Below, in pieces: positions 38,043 through 50,100 of a stretch of 64,000 nucleotides of DNA. The notes beneath the pieces were generated by a model that was given only the letters and a program-made list of their open reading frames with translations, was not told the DNA's origin and searched no databases. A program made the translations under genes and the position numbers. Location: NCBI GenBank assembly GCA_002269645.1, contig NIVC01001723.1, forward strand, positions 25,844-89,843, written 5' to 3'. The DNA is from Macrostomum lignano. Lineage: Eukaryota. The stretch's first letter is position 1. Each line of letters opens with the position of its first letter.

Positions 38043-38430
38043 GAGTGAGGTGGGTGGGCCGCGTAGTGAGGTGGCTGGGCAGCGTAGTGGGGTGGCTGGG
38101 CAGCGTAGTGAGGTGGGTGGGCAGCGTAGTGAGGTGGGTGGGCAGCGTAGTGAGGTGGCTGGGCAGCGTAGTGGGGTGGCTGGGCAGCGTAGTGAGGTGG
38201 GTGGGCAGCGTAGTGAGGTGGGTGGGCAGCGTAGTGAGGTGGGTGGGCAGCGTAGTGAGGTGGGTGGGCAGCGTAGTGAGGTGGGTGGGCAGCGTAGTGA
38301 GGTGGGTGGGCAGCGTAGTGAGGTGGGTGGGCAGCGTAGTGAGGTGGGTGGGCAGCGTAGTGAGGTGGGTGGGCAGCGGAGTGAGGTGGTTGGGCAGCGT
38401 AGTGAGGTGGGTGAGCAGCGGAGTGAGTCG
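38043..38430. repeat. 21-bp G-rich minisatellite
   Basis: GCAGCGTAGTGAGGTGGGTGG, about 18 copies. Confidence 0.95.
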
Positions 38431-40585
38431 GGTGGACAGCTGAGTGGCCCTAAAAAACAGAACGCCTTCAGCTTGCAGGCATCAATGCAAGTAGACGTGC
38501 AGTTTTTGTCGCAGTAATGTTCCAAACACGCTGTTTTATAAAGTTTGCCCTTGACAAAGCTATATTTTCTCAAACATCTATATATTTGAGTTGAGCATAA
38601 TCTATTTGTGTTGTTCGTTCAGTATAGTTCTAGGCATATACTGACTAGGCTACTATCAGTAGGACCAATGCAAGCTTTGTCGAAACCTATTTGAAATAAA
38701 TAAAATGCTTGAAGAGGCATTAAAAGTTCCAGACAACCTTTCAGTAGTTGGCCTATACTGGCTTAGACTAGATTGAAGGTTGATATTATTAACTATTACG
38801 GGTTTTAAATAGCTTACTCTTCGAAAATAGTTTATGGGTGAAGCCATGATAATTATCTATTAGCAGTAACTTACTAAACATCTTCAATTCTTTGCTTCTT
38901 TAATTATGCTGTGTACTAACTAAGGCTGAGGCTGTGTAGACATGCCGGCTGTGAAGGGAACTATATTAAACGCTTTATTTGGCGAACCGGTTATCAAAGT
39001 GTGCCAGAACAGCAGCGGGTGAGTTTTTAAACTAAGTAAAAGAAGCTTTCTTGTGAAACTGGAACAGATTTTCTTTTAGCGGTTATACGCCCCCAAGTGC
39101 AGCTGGTTGGGTACTGATAGTTCCGCCTTCACGATTTTAAACTAACAGTAAATGCTGAAATCTGGATTGCGGCAATGGAGTTCCCAGTGGAGCGGCTGTG
39201 CAACTCAGAACTGCGAGTTAGCATGGCGGATTAGGTACTGATCGATTGCCGTAATCTCTTTAAGGTTAGTGCAGAGTCGGAGCAAACAGGAGTGTCGCTT
39301 TGGTGGCTCAGCTGAGTTGACTGAAACTGCTGGTCCGGAAACGCCTAACTGAGCGCACTGTTTGAGTGGCAACTTGCGGTATAGTGCTTCAATATTCACC
39401 CCTCGGTTCTTAGACTCACACTTGTGCACAGGGCACGTGTGCACACTGCAGCACGAGTCGGCCATGACTAGCTCTTAGGGAGGGGGAGGAAAATTCCAAA
39501 GATTTCATGTCTTCACTCTTTTTTCTTGGCCTATTGTTGCTTTAAGCTCTGTTTAGACACCAAGCGGAGAAGTTTTCAGCGTTCTTTCTTTAACGTACAG
39601 CGCATGTAGTTAGCCGATGAGTTGAGTGTAGAGGAGATTTTAGGTGGGGGGGGCGTTAGTTAGGGTAGTGCAACAGCTTTATAGTCTGTCTCATCGGGGT
39701 AATTGTTCGCCCACAGGCACACTCTCGCTTCCTGCCAGACCCCCAAGAACTGCTCTGCGCTCTTTGTTCCAGCCGCTTAACTTCATCGGGCAGCGGTATT
39801 ATAGCTTTCCACTCGAATTTATCAATTTAATTCAATCATAAAGGTCTGTTGTTGTTGACATCTTCTCAGATATTATTTTTGCTCAATTAGTACCGCCATT
39901 TTGTAAGCTTGGTTCCTTCCGCTGATGGGGTGAGTTTGAAAAACGCTTTTTAGTAGATTATATAAAATTTTCTTTTTTTCTACTAACCGTTTCTTTAAGT
40001 AGTTTTGGTACTATAGGGGTAAATTTTTGTTTCACCCAAGCTTTTAAAAAATCACACAAGTACAACGTGTCCTGAGCCTAGTTCGTGTGCTTTTTTGCTC
40101 CCTCTCTTTCTCCCTTGTAATCTCTCTCTCTCTCTCTCTCTCTACAGCAAAGCTTGGGATATTTCCATGAACAATCGACCCGCGGTTTCGATGAGTACTG
40201 CTCGTGTCGATTCCACAGTCCCCCCCCCTGGTTGATTCTCTATTAAAGTAGCAGGACAAGCTTAAACTCCACAGCTTAGTCGAATTTTTTAAGAGTATCA
40301 GTTGCAGTCGTTAGCAAAGCTTTTCACCCTACGCATCATTTATCATTCAGCTTGAATAGTGCCGCAAATTATCGTTTCATCAAATGTTTTGCCATTGGCG
40401 GCTTAGCGCTTGTTAACTCTAATATTGTCTATCTTTTTTTGTAGTTTTTCTACACTAAGGCTTAATGTGCTTTACAAATCCCCCCCGTATTTGGTTTCAG
40501 GAAGTCGGTGAAAAAGGAAGAAGCATCTTCTAGTTTTTGAACCGTTTCAAATCGTGCGACAAGCTCCGCGTCAAAGCGACAAGGG

Positions 40586-43500
40586 ATGCCGATTCCAGCC
40601 GCGTTGCAGCGTTTTTGTAGCGCCATGTGGCGAACAAAAACTCTGAATCAAGGCATAATGAGCACTCCGCTGAAGCGCTGCTTAAACACATTCGACCTGA
40701 TTCTGATTGGCATCGGGAACATGTCCGGCGCGGGCATCTACGTTCTCACAGGCACGGTGGTGCGGCGGAAGGCCGGCCCAGCAACCTGCATTGCCTACTT
40801 TGTGGCGGGCCTCACCGCCTTCCTGAATGGCCTGTGCTACTCAGAGCTTGGAGCCCGGGTGCCCAGAGCTGGCAGCGCCTACAGCTACACCTATGTTGCA
40901 ATGGGCGAGCTGCTGGGTAAGTCTGATTGAGTGCGACAACTTGAACCGCCATCAAATTCACGTAACTTGGATTCTCTAGAAAACTTTATTTCGTGCTCAT
41001 AGGAAATAGGCGCAACCAGCTGTTTGTCTTCCTCCCACGCGAAAGAGAATAGAGATGACAGATAGCAGAGAGGAGAGGAGAGGAGAGGAGAGGAGAGGAG
41101 AGGAGAGGAGAGGAGAGGAGAGGAGAGGAGAGGAGAGGAGAGGAGAGGAGAGGAGAGGAGAGGAGAGGAGAGGAGAGGAGAGGAGAGGAGAGGAGAGGAG
41201 AGGAGAGGAGAGGAGAGGAGAGGAGAGGAGAGGAGAGGAGAGGAGAGGAGGTAGATTGAGTGTAGATTGAGTGTAGATTGAGTGTAGATTGAGTGTAGAT
41301 TGAGTGTAGATTGAGTGTAGATTGAGTGTAGATTGAGTGTAGATTGAGTGTAGATTGAGTGTAGATTGAGTGTAGATTGAGTGTAGATTGAGTGTAGATT
41401 GAGTGTAGATTGAGTGTAGATTGAGTGTAGATTGAGTGTAGATTGAGTGTAGATTGAGTGTAGATTGAGTGTAGATTGAGTGTAGATTGAGTGTAGATTG
41501 AGTGTAGATTGAGTGTAGATTGAGTGTAGATTGAGTGTAGATTGAGTGTAGATTGAGTGTAGATTGAGTGTAGATTGAGTGTAGATTAAGTGTAGATTGA
41601 GTGTAGATTGAGTGTAGCTTGAGTGTAGATTGAGTGTAGATTGAGTGTAGATTGAGTGTAGATTGAGTGTAGATTGAGTGTAGATTGAGTGTAGATTGAG
41701 TGTAGATTGAGTGTAGATTGAGTGTAGATTGAGTGTAGATTGAGTGTAGATTGAGTGTAGATTGAGTGTAGATTGAGTGTAGATTGAGTGTAGATTGAGT
41801 GTAGATTGAGTGTAGATTGAGTGTAGATTGGATTACTTCGTAAGATTTTGTTTCGGTAGACATGGATTTAGCAGATTATTTAAAAAATACTTTTCTGACC
41901 CCAATCAGTTGCATTTAGACTTAAACTTTTAATTCTCTCTCCTAGACAAGATCTGACGGTCAACTTTACATACCTTATTTCAGCTTTCGTCATTGGATGG
42001 AGCATCATCCTGGAGTACATCCTGTCGGCTGCAAGTATCGCCCGCGGTTTCAGCGGCACCCTGGACGCTCTGACATCGGACGCCATTTCTAATTGGACCG
42101 TGAGCCACGTCGGCACGTTCTACCAAACGTCACCGAACGATACTTCGACAATCAAGCACATCATATCGCACTACCCGGACTTAATGTCCGTATTGCTAAT
42201 TATTGTGGTGGCGGTCATTCTCAGCATCGGAGCCAACCTGTCGAAGCACTTTAACACGGTGACAACATCTGTAAATGTTGTGGTGCTGCTGTTCATCTCT
42301 GGCGTCATGTTCGCCCTGGCCGACTTGGCCAATTGGAGGGAGCAGCCGTTTATGCCGTTCGGCTTCACCGGCGTCCTCTCCGGCGCCGCCACCTGCTTCT
42401 ACGCGTTTATCGGCTTCGATGCGATCAGCGTCTCCACAGAGGAGGCCCTGACGCCGCAGAAGTCATTGCCGATGGCCACTAGTATCGCCGTGTTTGTGAC
42501 CACCGTCCTGCTCGTGATCTCCAGCGCCGCTATCACCCTATTTGAGCCGTGGTACCTCATCGACATCCGGGCTGCGTTTACGTCCGCCTTTTTGGCTCAC
42601 CGGCTTCAATGGGCGGAGATCATCACTGGAATCGGATCTATCACGGGCATCGTGGCCTGTCTGTACTGCAACAACTACGCTATGCCGCGAGTTGTGTACG
42701 CGATGGCCTCCGACGGCTTGATATTTCGCATCCTGGCTTACGTGACGCCGCTCACCCAGGTGCCAATTGTTGCAATCATCTTTTCCAGCTTCATAGCCGC
42801 CGTGCTGGCTCTGTTGTTGGACATTGAAGCGCTTGCCGACTTCTTGTCCATCGGCACGCTTATTGCCTACAGCATTGTGGCCTGCAATGTGGTCATCACG
42901 CGGTACAGTCGGCCAGCTGGCATCGCTGATATCGCAGCGCTTGAGTCCGAAGTTGAGTCCACGAGTTCGTCGCAGTTGCCGTTGACTCCGGAGAAGCCAA
43001 TGCCGGCAGAGGATGTCGGCCGGTTAAAAGCGCCGTTCCGCAGCCTCCCGCTGCTCAGATCGTTGCAGCCAGGCTTTGGCGCCATCATGGGCCTTCTGAT
43101 CTTTGTTGGCAGCCTCATCAGCGTCAGTCTCATTGTCAAACTGGGATCGCTGTCAGCAAATAACCCTATACTAATCATTGTGCTGGTTCTGTTCGGCCTG
43201 ATCTGTCTGTTGGCCTTTGGCGTTATGCTGATGCACGATCAGGACACGGATATTCGCACCTTCAAGGTAATTGGAATTTAAATGTAGTCTTTAAGCCTGA
43301 GCATAATAGAATAATATTTAGCAAGTTTTTTCAGAAACCTGCTTACTGAAGATTCAACTATAGTGTTGTAACTGCAGTACATGAGATCAGTATGAACTAC
43401 CGAGGCCAAGAGACATTCTCTGTGATCGCTAATAATGTTTGGGCCCTAACAGATCGCAGGGGAACTAAATATTAAAGGACATTTTGAACAACGTCTTGAC

Positions 43501-43989
43501 GTCTTGTTGTTGGTGAATAAAACTTACTGCAGGTCAAATCCATGGACAACTCAAGAGCTTCTTTGTGCCTGCACTGATCAATTAAAAACTAGGATCTTAT
43601 AAATATTTAATTGAACTCAAATTTCAAGCCCTCTAGCCCCCTCCAACTAGGTCATGGGTAACCATTTTCACCCCTTTATCAAATATACGAATAAACACCC
43701 ACAGGTACCGGCAGTTCCTCTGCTCCCTTGCGTCGCCATCGCCTTCAACGTCGTGCTCATCCTGCAGCTGCAGCCAATGACCTGGATCCGGTTCTCCATC
43801 TGGCTGGTCATTGGCTTGCTGATCTACTTCACCTACGGCATTAACCAGAGCAACGAGAATCCGGACAGGCAGCGGGAGGCCTCGGAGAAGGTGCCGCTCG
43901 CCAGCGCCATGAAGCTGCCGGAGTCGCCAGGCATGGAAGGCGAAGGCCCGACCAGTAAAAAGGACGAGTCAGATACGGCGAAGCAATAG
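40586..43989 (+). CDS. Cationic amino acid transporter (SLC7 CAT family); join(40586..40916,41984..43266,43705..43989), about 632 aa
   Basis: LKRCLNTFDLILIGIGNMSGAGIYVLTG, CYSELGARVPRAGSAYSY, GVLSGAATCFYAFIGFD, VPAVPLLP; splice phases 1 and 0 are consistent. Confidence 0.92.
41068..41830. repeat. (AGAGG)n tract (41068-41250) followed by an 11-bp (GATTGAGTGTA)n tract
   Basis: Direct reading; fills most of SLC7 intron 1. Confidence 0.95.
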
Positions 43990-45302
43990 GAGATGCGGAT
44001 TCAATTCGCGGTGATTTCTTTTTTTGGATGCGGGTACAGCATAGCTCAGATATATTTGAAGGGAACATAGCCTCTCATATCAATGGTAAAAGTTATTAAA
44101 AACGCTTTATATAATTTTAAACGCTTCCCATGTTTAAAGTCGGAGTTTAGTTTGTACCGAGTGCATGCAGCTAATAGTCGCAAAACGGTTCGGCAAGCTC
44201 CAGCCCGCTGGCATCAGTGCGGCCCACAAAGCCTCTCTCTCCGGCCCTCGGGTCCTTTGAGACTTCACAATAGCAAACCGGCTTCTGTGTCTGATTGTGT
44301 CTCTAGGTTTTAGGTCATCATTTTGTGTCTCTTCTCAGCTTTCTTTTCTCGAATCTCCTCTCTCTCTCTTATCTCCTCTTCCCTCCTCTCCCTTCATCGA
44401 TTTCACCCCTCCTCTCCTCTCGTCTCCTCTCTTCTTCTTTATCCCCCCACCACTCCTTTCTCCTATCTCTATTCCCTCTATAAACTGCACATATATGCCA
44501 TTCATGTACTAATTAAACGTTCTAATGCTCTCTCTGGCCTGGTGAAGTTTGTGAATTTAATTTTTATGTAACCTACTCGTAATATTTTCCTTTAACCACC
44601 ATCCAGGTGGCACAGGTTTGTTGGAAGACCAGTCAAAGAAAAAGAAAGTAAAAAGGTCTTTTTGTTTATTTAAATATGTAGACTTCTTGTCTTGCGTAAA
44701 CTTTTAGATGGTAATTTTTTTAACTGTGATTTGATTGTCTACTATGGTATATTGTGAATGTATATGGATGCACCAATCTCTCTTTCCTGTGTCTCTCACT
44801 CTGCATGCCAGCATGCTGTCGTTAGTCAGAATCTGTGCACTAGCCGCTTCACTCTATTCAAATATTTTCCCCTTATTTACCGTAACATGCCGTACCCCAG
44901 TTATTTAGCCTTTTACAGCCTTCTGTGTACGTGTTAGATAGCGCTCGAGCTGTCAATTTAGGGAATTATTACAGTTTGAATTGTTATCAGCGCGACTGTT
45001 TTCTTGCATTGCGCACATGACAGTAGCTAGAGCTAGAAAAATATATGTTAAAACAAAAAGAAGCAATTTTTGCAGAGTATTTTTTTTTCTTGTCTAAAAC
45101 GTGCGTTTGATTTGAATTTATGTATCCATATACGCCGTATGTACATGTATTTATGAATTACTTCTTTACTTTAATATAGCAGCTAGAATATACCGGTGGG
45201 GGACAGGGAGGAGTCCCCCCTTAAAAGCTATGGGGGCATGCCAATGCTTTGTCCCCCCCACCCTACAATGTGACCTGTTGTGATAATCAATAATTTTTCT
45301 TC

Positions 45303-45782
45303 AGGGCGCCAAAATGAGTGCCTGCGGCGCTAAAATGTGTGCCTGCGGCGCTAAAATGTGTGCCTGCGCCGCTAAAATGTGTGCCTGCGGCGCCAAAATG
45401 AGTGCCTGCGCCGCTAAAATGTGTGCCTGCGGCGCTAAAATGTGTGCCTGCGGCGCCAAAATGAGTGCCTGCACCGCTAAAATGAGTGCCTGCGGCGCCA
45501 AAATGAGTGCCTGCACCGCTAAAATGAGTGCCTGCACCGCTAAAATGAGTGCCTGCGGCGCCAAAATGAGTGCCTGCACCGCTAAAATGAGTGCCTGCAG
45601 CGCTAAAAGGAATGTCTGCGGCGCCAAAATGAGTGCCTGCACCGCTAAAATGAGTGCCTGCACCGCTAAAATGAGTGCCTGCACCGCTAAAATGAGTGCC
45701 TGCACCGCTAAAATGTGTGCCTGCGCCGCCAAAACGAGTGCCTGCGGCGCCAAAATGAGTGCCTGCGCCGCTAAAATGAGCG
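45303..45782. repeat. 21-bp minisatellite
   Basis: GCCTGCGGCGCTAAAATGTGT with variants. Confidence 0.95.
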
Positions 45783-47142
45783 CTGACAACCACGATTCTC
45801 AAAATAATGGAATTGTAGGAATTTAGTCATGTACGTGTAGTTGAATTCTTGGTTTTGCCCCCCCACCATAAAATCCATGGCGACGCCCCTGCAACCAGTT
45901 ATATACAGTGGTCCCTGGATTACCATAGTGGCCGTGGCTCCTGCGATAAATTTCGATCCAATGTAGCATTCTGGCGACTTTTTCGAATGATGGAGCTTCA
46001 TTATTCAGCGCTTTAATTAAAAAAGTCTTTCTGGTCGACAGCTGGGTACGCCAAGGGCATGGCGCAGCAGGGACCGCGTCATAGTTATCGGCATAGCTTC
46101 CATTCCATACAATAAATATCGGTTCCAAGGCAGTCGTCCAGAAAGCCGTCCAGACAGACTCGCCGCGGTGCCAGGCGTACGTGAGTCCAATTGCAGTCGC
46201 GAAGTTAAACCTAAGTTCCTCGTTAGTGTGTGTTTGGAATTAATATGAAAAGTATCTAAAAATATGATTTATAGAATTAATGAGTACTACTACAGGTTCA
46301 TGTGATAATAATATGTCCTATTTAGAGCAGTAGTATACATTTGAAAAGGCTTCCATAGATGCGAGTTTCAAAAATCCTCCTATATCTGTCCAAACTGTAT
46401 TTGTATTTGATTTGAAACAATCTTCTCTGATCTGTTTTGATTTTTACTTCGGATTGATGGAACTTTATAATTAGCCTTTCCAGTATGTCTATATGCGATA
46501 AAACCTATGTCTAGAAGTTCTTGGAATTCTCTGCAGACTCTGCAGAAGTTGCAGAAAATAAAAAAATAGGAACTATCAAGCTCTATCGCACCTAATTAAA
46601 ATAATTAAAAAGAATGAGACTAGAATCCAAGGACCACTGTGTACAACTGTTATATACACTATACATTGAACAGTGGTCCTTAGTAGAATCCTGAAAATGA
46701 ATTTTTTTGGAAAATGACTTTTCCGTTGTCCCATTTTTAAGCCATAATAATAAACTTTCGTCAAAAAGTACATTACCAGACATTTTTTAATAAAAATAAC
46801 AAGTACTTTTTGTTCAAAACTTTTTAACTTTCATTTAAAAAGCAAAAGCGTTATTTTAATTAGTATGAGAACACAACTTCTTGGTAAGAATTTGAACTTC
46901 TAAATATTGCACACTTAAAATCTAAATATATAAAGCAGCAGATTGCAGATTTCATCGCGTGAAATTTCATAAATTTTTAATGCATTAATTAATAATACTA
47001 AATCTGATATCATTGAAAGAGTGTGGGTAGCGGAATTTCGTGCACTCAAAGTTAGTAACTTCCAATATATTATTATTTTTTTATAAGAATTCAGTGTTTA
47101 CTGTTAACTGTTCCTGTTACTTAGACTGTAGTGGCCTCTGAA

Positions 47143-50100
47143 ATGCCCGTTTCAAAGGGAAATTTAGGTAGCACTTTGTCTAAGCAGTTTAAATCTGCCA
47201 GACGATCTCGTGGTGCACATGGACCCAGTGATGCAAATGATTATGCGTCTATGTCATCTTGCCTGGTAAGCCAATTAATTTAAATTTTTCATCTATATAA
47301 AATTACTCTATTTAGCAAGGCAGTTATTGTTACAGTGAGTGACCATATAAATAGTGATGACAGGTATTTTTACAGTTAACACATAAAACAAATACTATTC
47401 AAATTATGTAACAAACTGGTAATGCAAAAAATAAGAGGTGGTTAAATTTTAAAAAGACAAAGAAACATTAATTATTTAATATTTTTTTCTTCATGGCTAT
47501 AATAGGCCTAATAGCCATTTTACTCCATAGGCCTAGTCAAGATCATGCTGGGTGCAAGCCCAAACAAAAATTGAATAATTACAAATTGCATGCCAAAAAA
47601 TGAATGCACGTCCATTCTTAAAACTATGCTGGTGTTACAACAATAAAGGACCCTTTTTAGGCCTACACTATGACATAAATAACATTTTTTGAATTGCATA
47701 ATAGATATTTTTGGCAGATAATTTGGTTGATTTTAATGTTTTTTTGTGATACTATTCATAGTAGAAAATCAATATACATAAATATTTGTTTAAATGCTTG
47801 GCGATTTTCCTCTTTCGTTCGTTAAATTATTTTTTCGATTTGAATCGGTGCATAGACGCGAAAAAGTGACGTGGCAGCATTTGAAATTGTGCCTATTGAA
47901 AAAATGATGTGGCAGTAGTGGAAAGGACATGGGGTTGCTGCTGACACATGTCTATGGCACTACTCACCTACTCGGTTCGTGGCGGAGTATAGGCAGCAGC
48001 TTGCACTCGCTCCTTGCTCCCCTTCCCACTCTCGCATGAGCTTTGACTTATCGCATTGAGTCTTCACTTGTTAAATTTTATTAAATTTTACTCGAACTGC
48101 AACATGGCTGGGCGCCCAGCGGCACCTACATTCATCGTCCCTCCTGGACAACTGCGTCCCTCGCTGGAGCTGTGCGACATAAACTTTACGATGCGCGAGC
48201 TGGCCAACATCACCCTATTCGAGTCACATCTGGAGGAATTTATGTGGCGTAAGATGCACCCACAGAACGTGTTTGGAAACATTCTCTTTTGGATTGCGCA
48301 CTATTACTCCCTGTGAATTGTGAACTGCTGGGGCTCCAGTTGAACCATATTGGACTTTGTGAGACTCTCTGTATGCCAGAGCAAGCTACGGGACGCAGTG
48401 CCCTATTGTTGTCGTTTACTGTCGTTACATGTCGTTTACCATTACCGTTTGTCTTTAGTTAAACAACTCCATCCAACTTTCTGAGAAAAATTTAAGTCCC
48501 AGCATCCCATTACTGTCGTTTTCTGACATTACTCAGTAGTCACAACTTGTTTCTGTCGAAAAAAATAATTTAACGAACGAAAGAGGAAAATCGCCAAATG
48601 CTTTATTATAATGTTAAGAATTAGAAAGCTTGAAATATATGCTTAAAAATAACCTTTTTTATCATTTCTCTATTCCACAATAACTCTTTCGCGTGATTAT
48701 AGGCCTATAAAGTGCATGCCAGGTATGCACACATACTATTTTCTTAGGAGTGATGCACCTATTTTTGGTATGCATGGCTGATGCATGCCCAAATTTTTGG
48801 CTATATATTACTCATAGTGTGGATCATGCTAAGTGCACGCGAGAAATGACCCAAAGCTAATTCCCAAAAGCACGCCGACGACAAGCGAATGCACGCCAAT
48901 AAATTAAAATTCAAATTGAAGACAAAAAACGTATTTTAAATTGCATTGTGTAAAACAAAGCAACAAACGATGTACAAAAGAAATGATATATCTTTAAAAA
49001 TGTGTATTTCTAATACATTAATTTATTTAATAGTCTTATACACTGTTTATTTACAATAGTTTTTTTCAAAAGTTAAATACAATAATACGTATTTCATGTC
49101 TGCTTACCATTGCATTGGCAGCTTTGCCACATCAGGTGCCAGGCACGCGGCACGCGGCGCATGCCAGGCACGCCAGTGTATTTATGTAGTGTGCATTATA
49201 CACGCCAAATGCACGCCACTTACCTAATCGCACGCCGGTGCACGCCACTTTTGAAAATGCACGCGGGAAAATTCTCGCTTGCACTACATGATCTACACTA
49301 TGGTATATTACATTATCCAAAGTGTGGATTCTGCTTCTTAAATATATCCATAGTCAGGATCATGGCATGCCTGTGCTGGAATGAATCCTATCAAAAAAGT
49401 TTGATTGTGCTGGAACAAATCTTATAAAAGAAGTTTGCTTATATCGTGTGCCAAAACTATTCACTATCAAATTTACTTGCACTGGAAAATGCAATGTTAG
49501 CATTCCTATAAAGTGATTCTATAAAGTGCACACTAGGTCTACACACATACACATGCCTAACCTCAAAATTTCACCTATCCAGTGCAATTTATTTTTGTCA
49601 AGATTTGCAACTTTGTTCTTCCCAATTGCAACTTAGTTCCTCCCGATTGCAACTTAGTTCCTCTCAATTGTGACTAAGTTCCTCTCAATTGTGACTTAGT
49701 TCCCCTGATTGCGACTTAATTTTCACTTTGTATATGACTTTTCTTGCCATTTTCTCTTTTTTTCTCTTTCTCTTTCTTTCTCTTCTTTCCCCTGTCTCTT
49801 CTTCCTTTCTTTTCTTCTTTTCTCTTCTTCTCCTTTCTTTCTTCTCCCAATTTTTTGTTTTTTTTGCATTTTTGATTTTGCAACTTACCTGGCCAGCAGC
49901 CATTTCACCCATCCAGTTCAGATTGGTTGGACGGGTGTTGGGCATGTATATGCACACACACTATTTTCTTAGGAGCAATGCATGCCAACTGTGTATGCCT
50001 ACTTTTGGTATGCAAGGCCATTGCATGCAAGTATAAATGGGGCCAAAGCAGCCTTGATGACAAGCCTCAAACAGGATGTCTAGCTGCTATAGTTGTGGAC

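Noticed and set aside
38043-38430. G-quadruplex or coding role for the G-rich repeat
   Set aside because: Runs are mostly GG/GGG with no functional evidence; the ORFs are repeat artefacts.
45195-45890. MITE enclosing the 21-bp repeat
   Set aside because: One end resembles CAGGGGCG-type termini, but no matching TIR or TSD was found.
46100-46180. Alternative LSG1 first exon with donor GTGAGT at 46181
   Set aside because: No in-frame ATG and no LSG1 similarity; 47143-47265 fits better.
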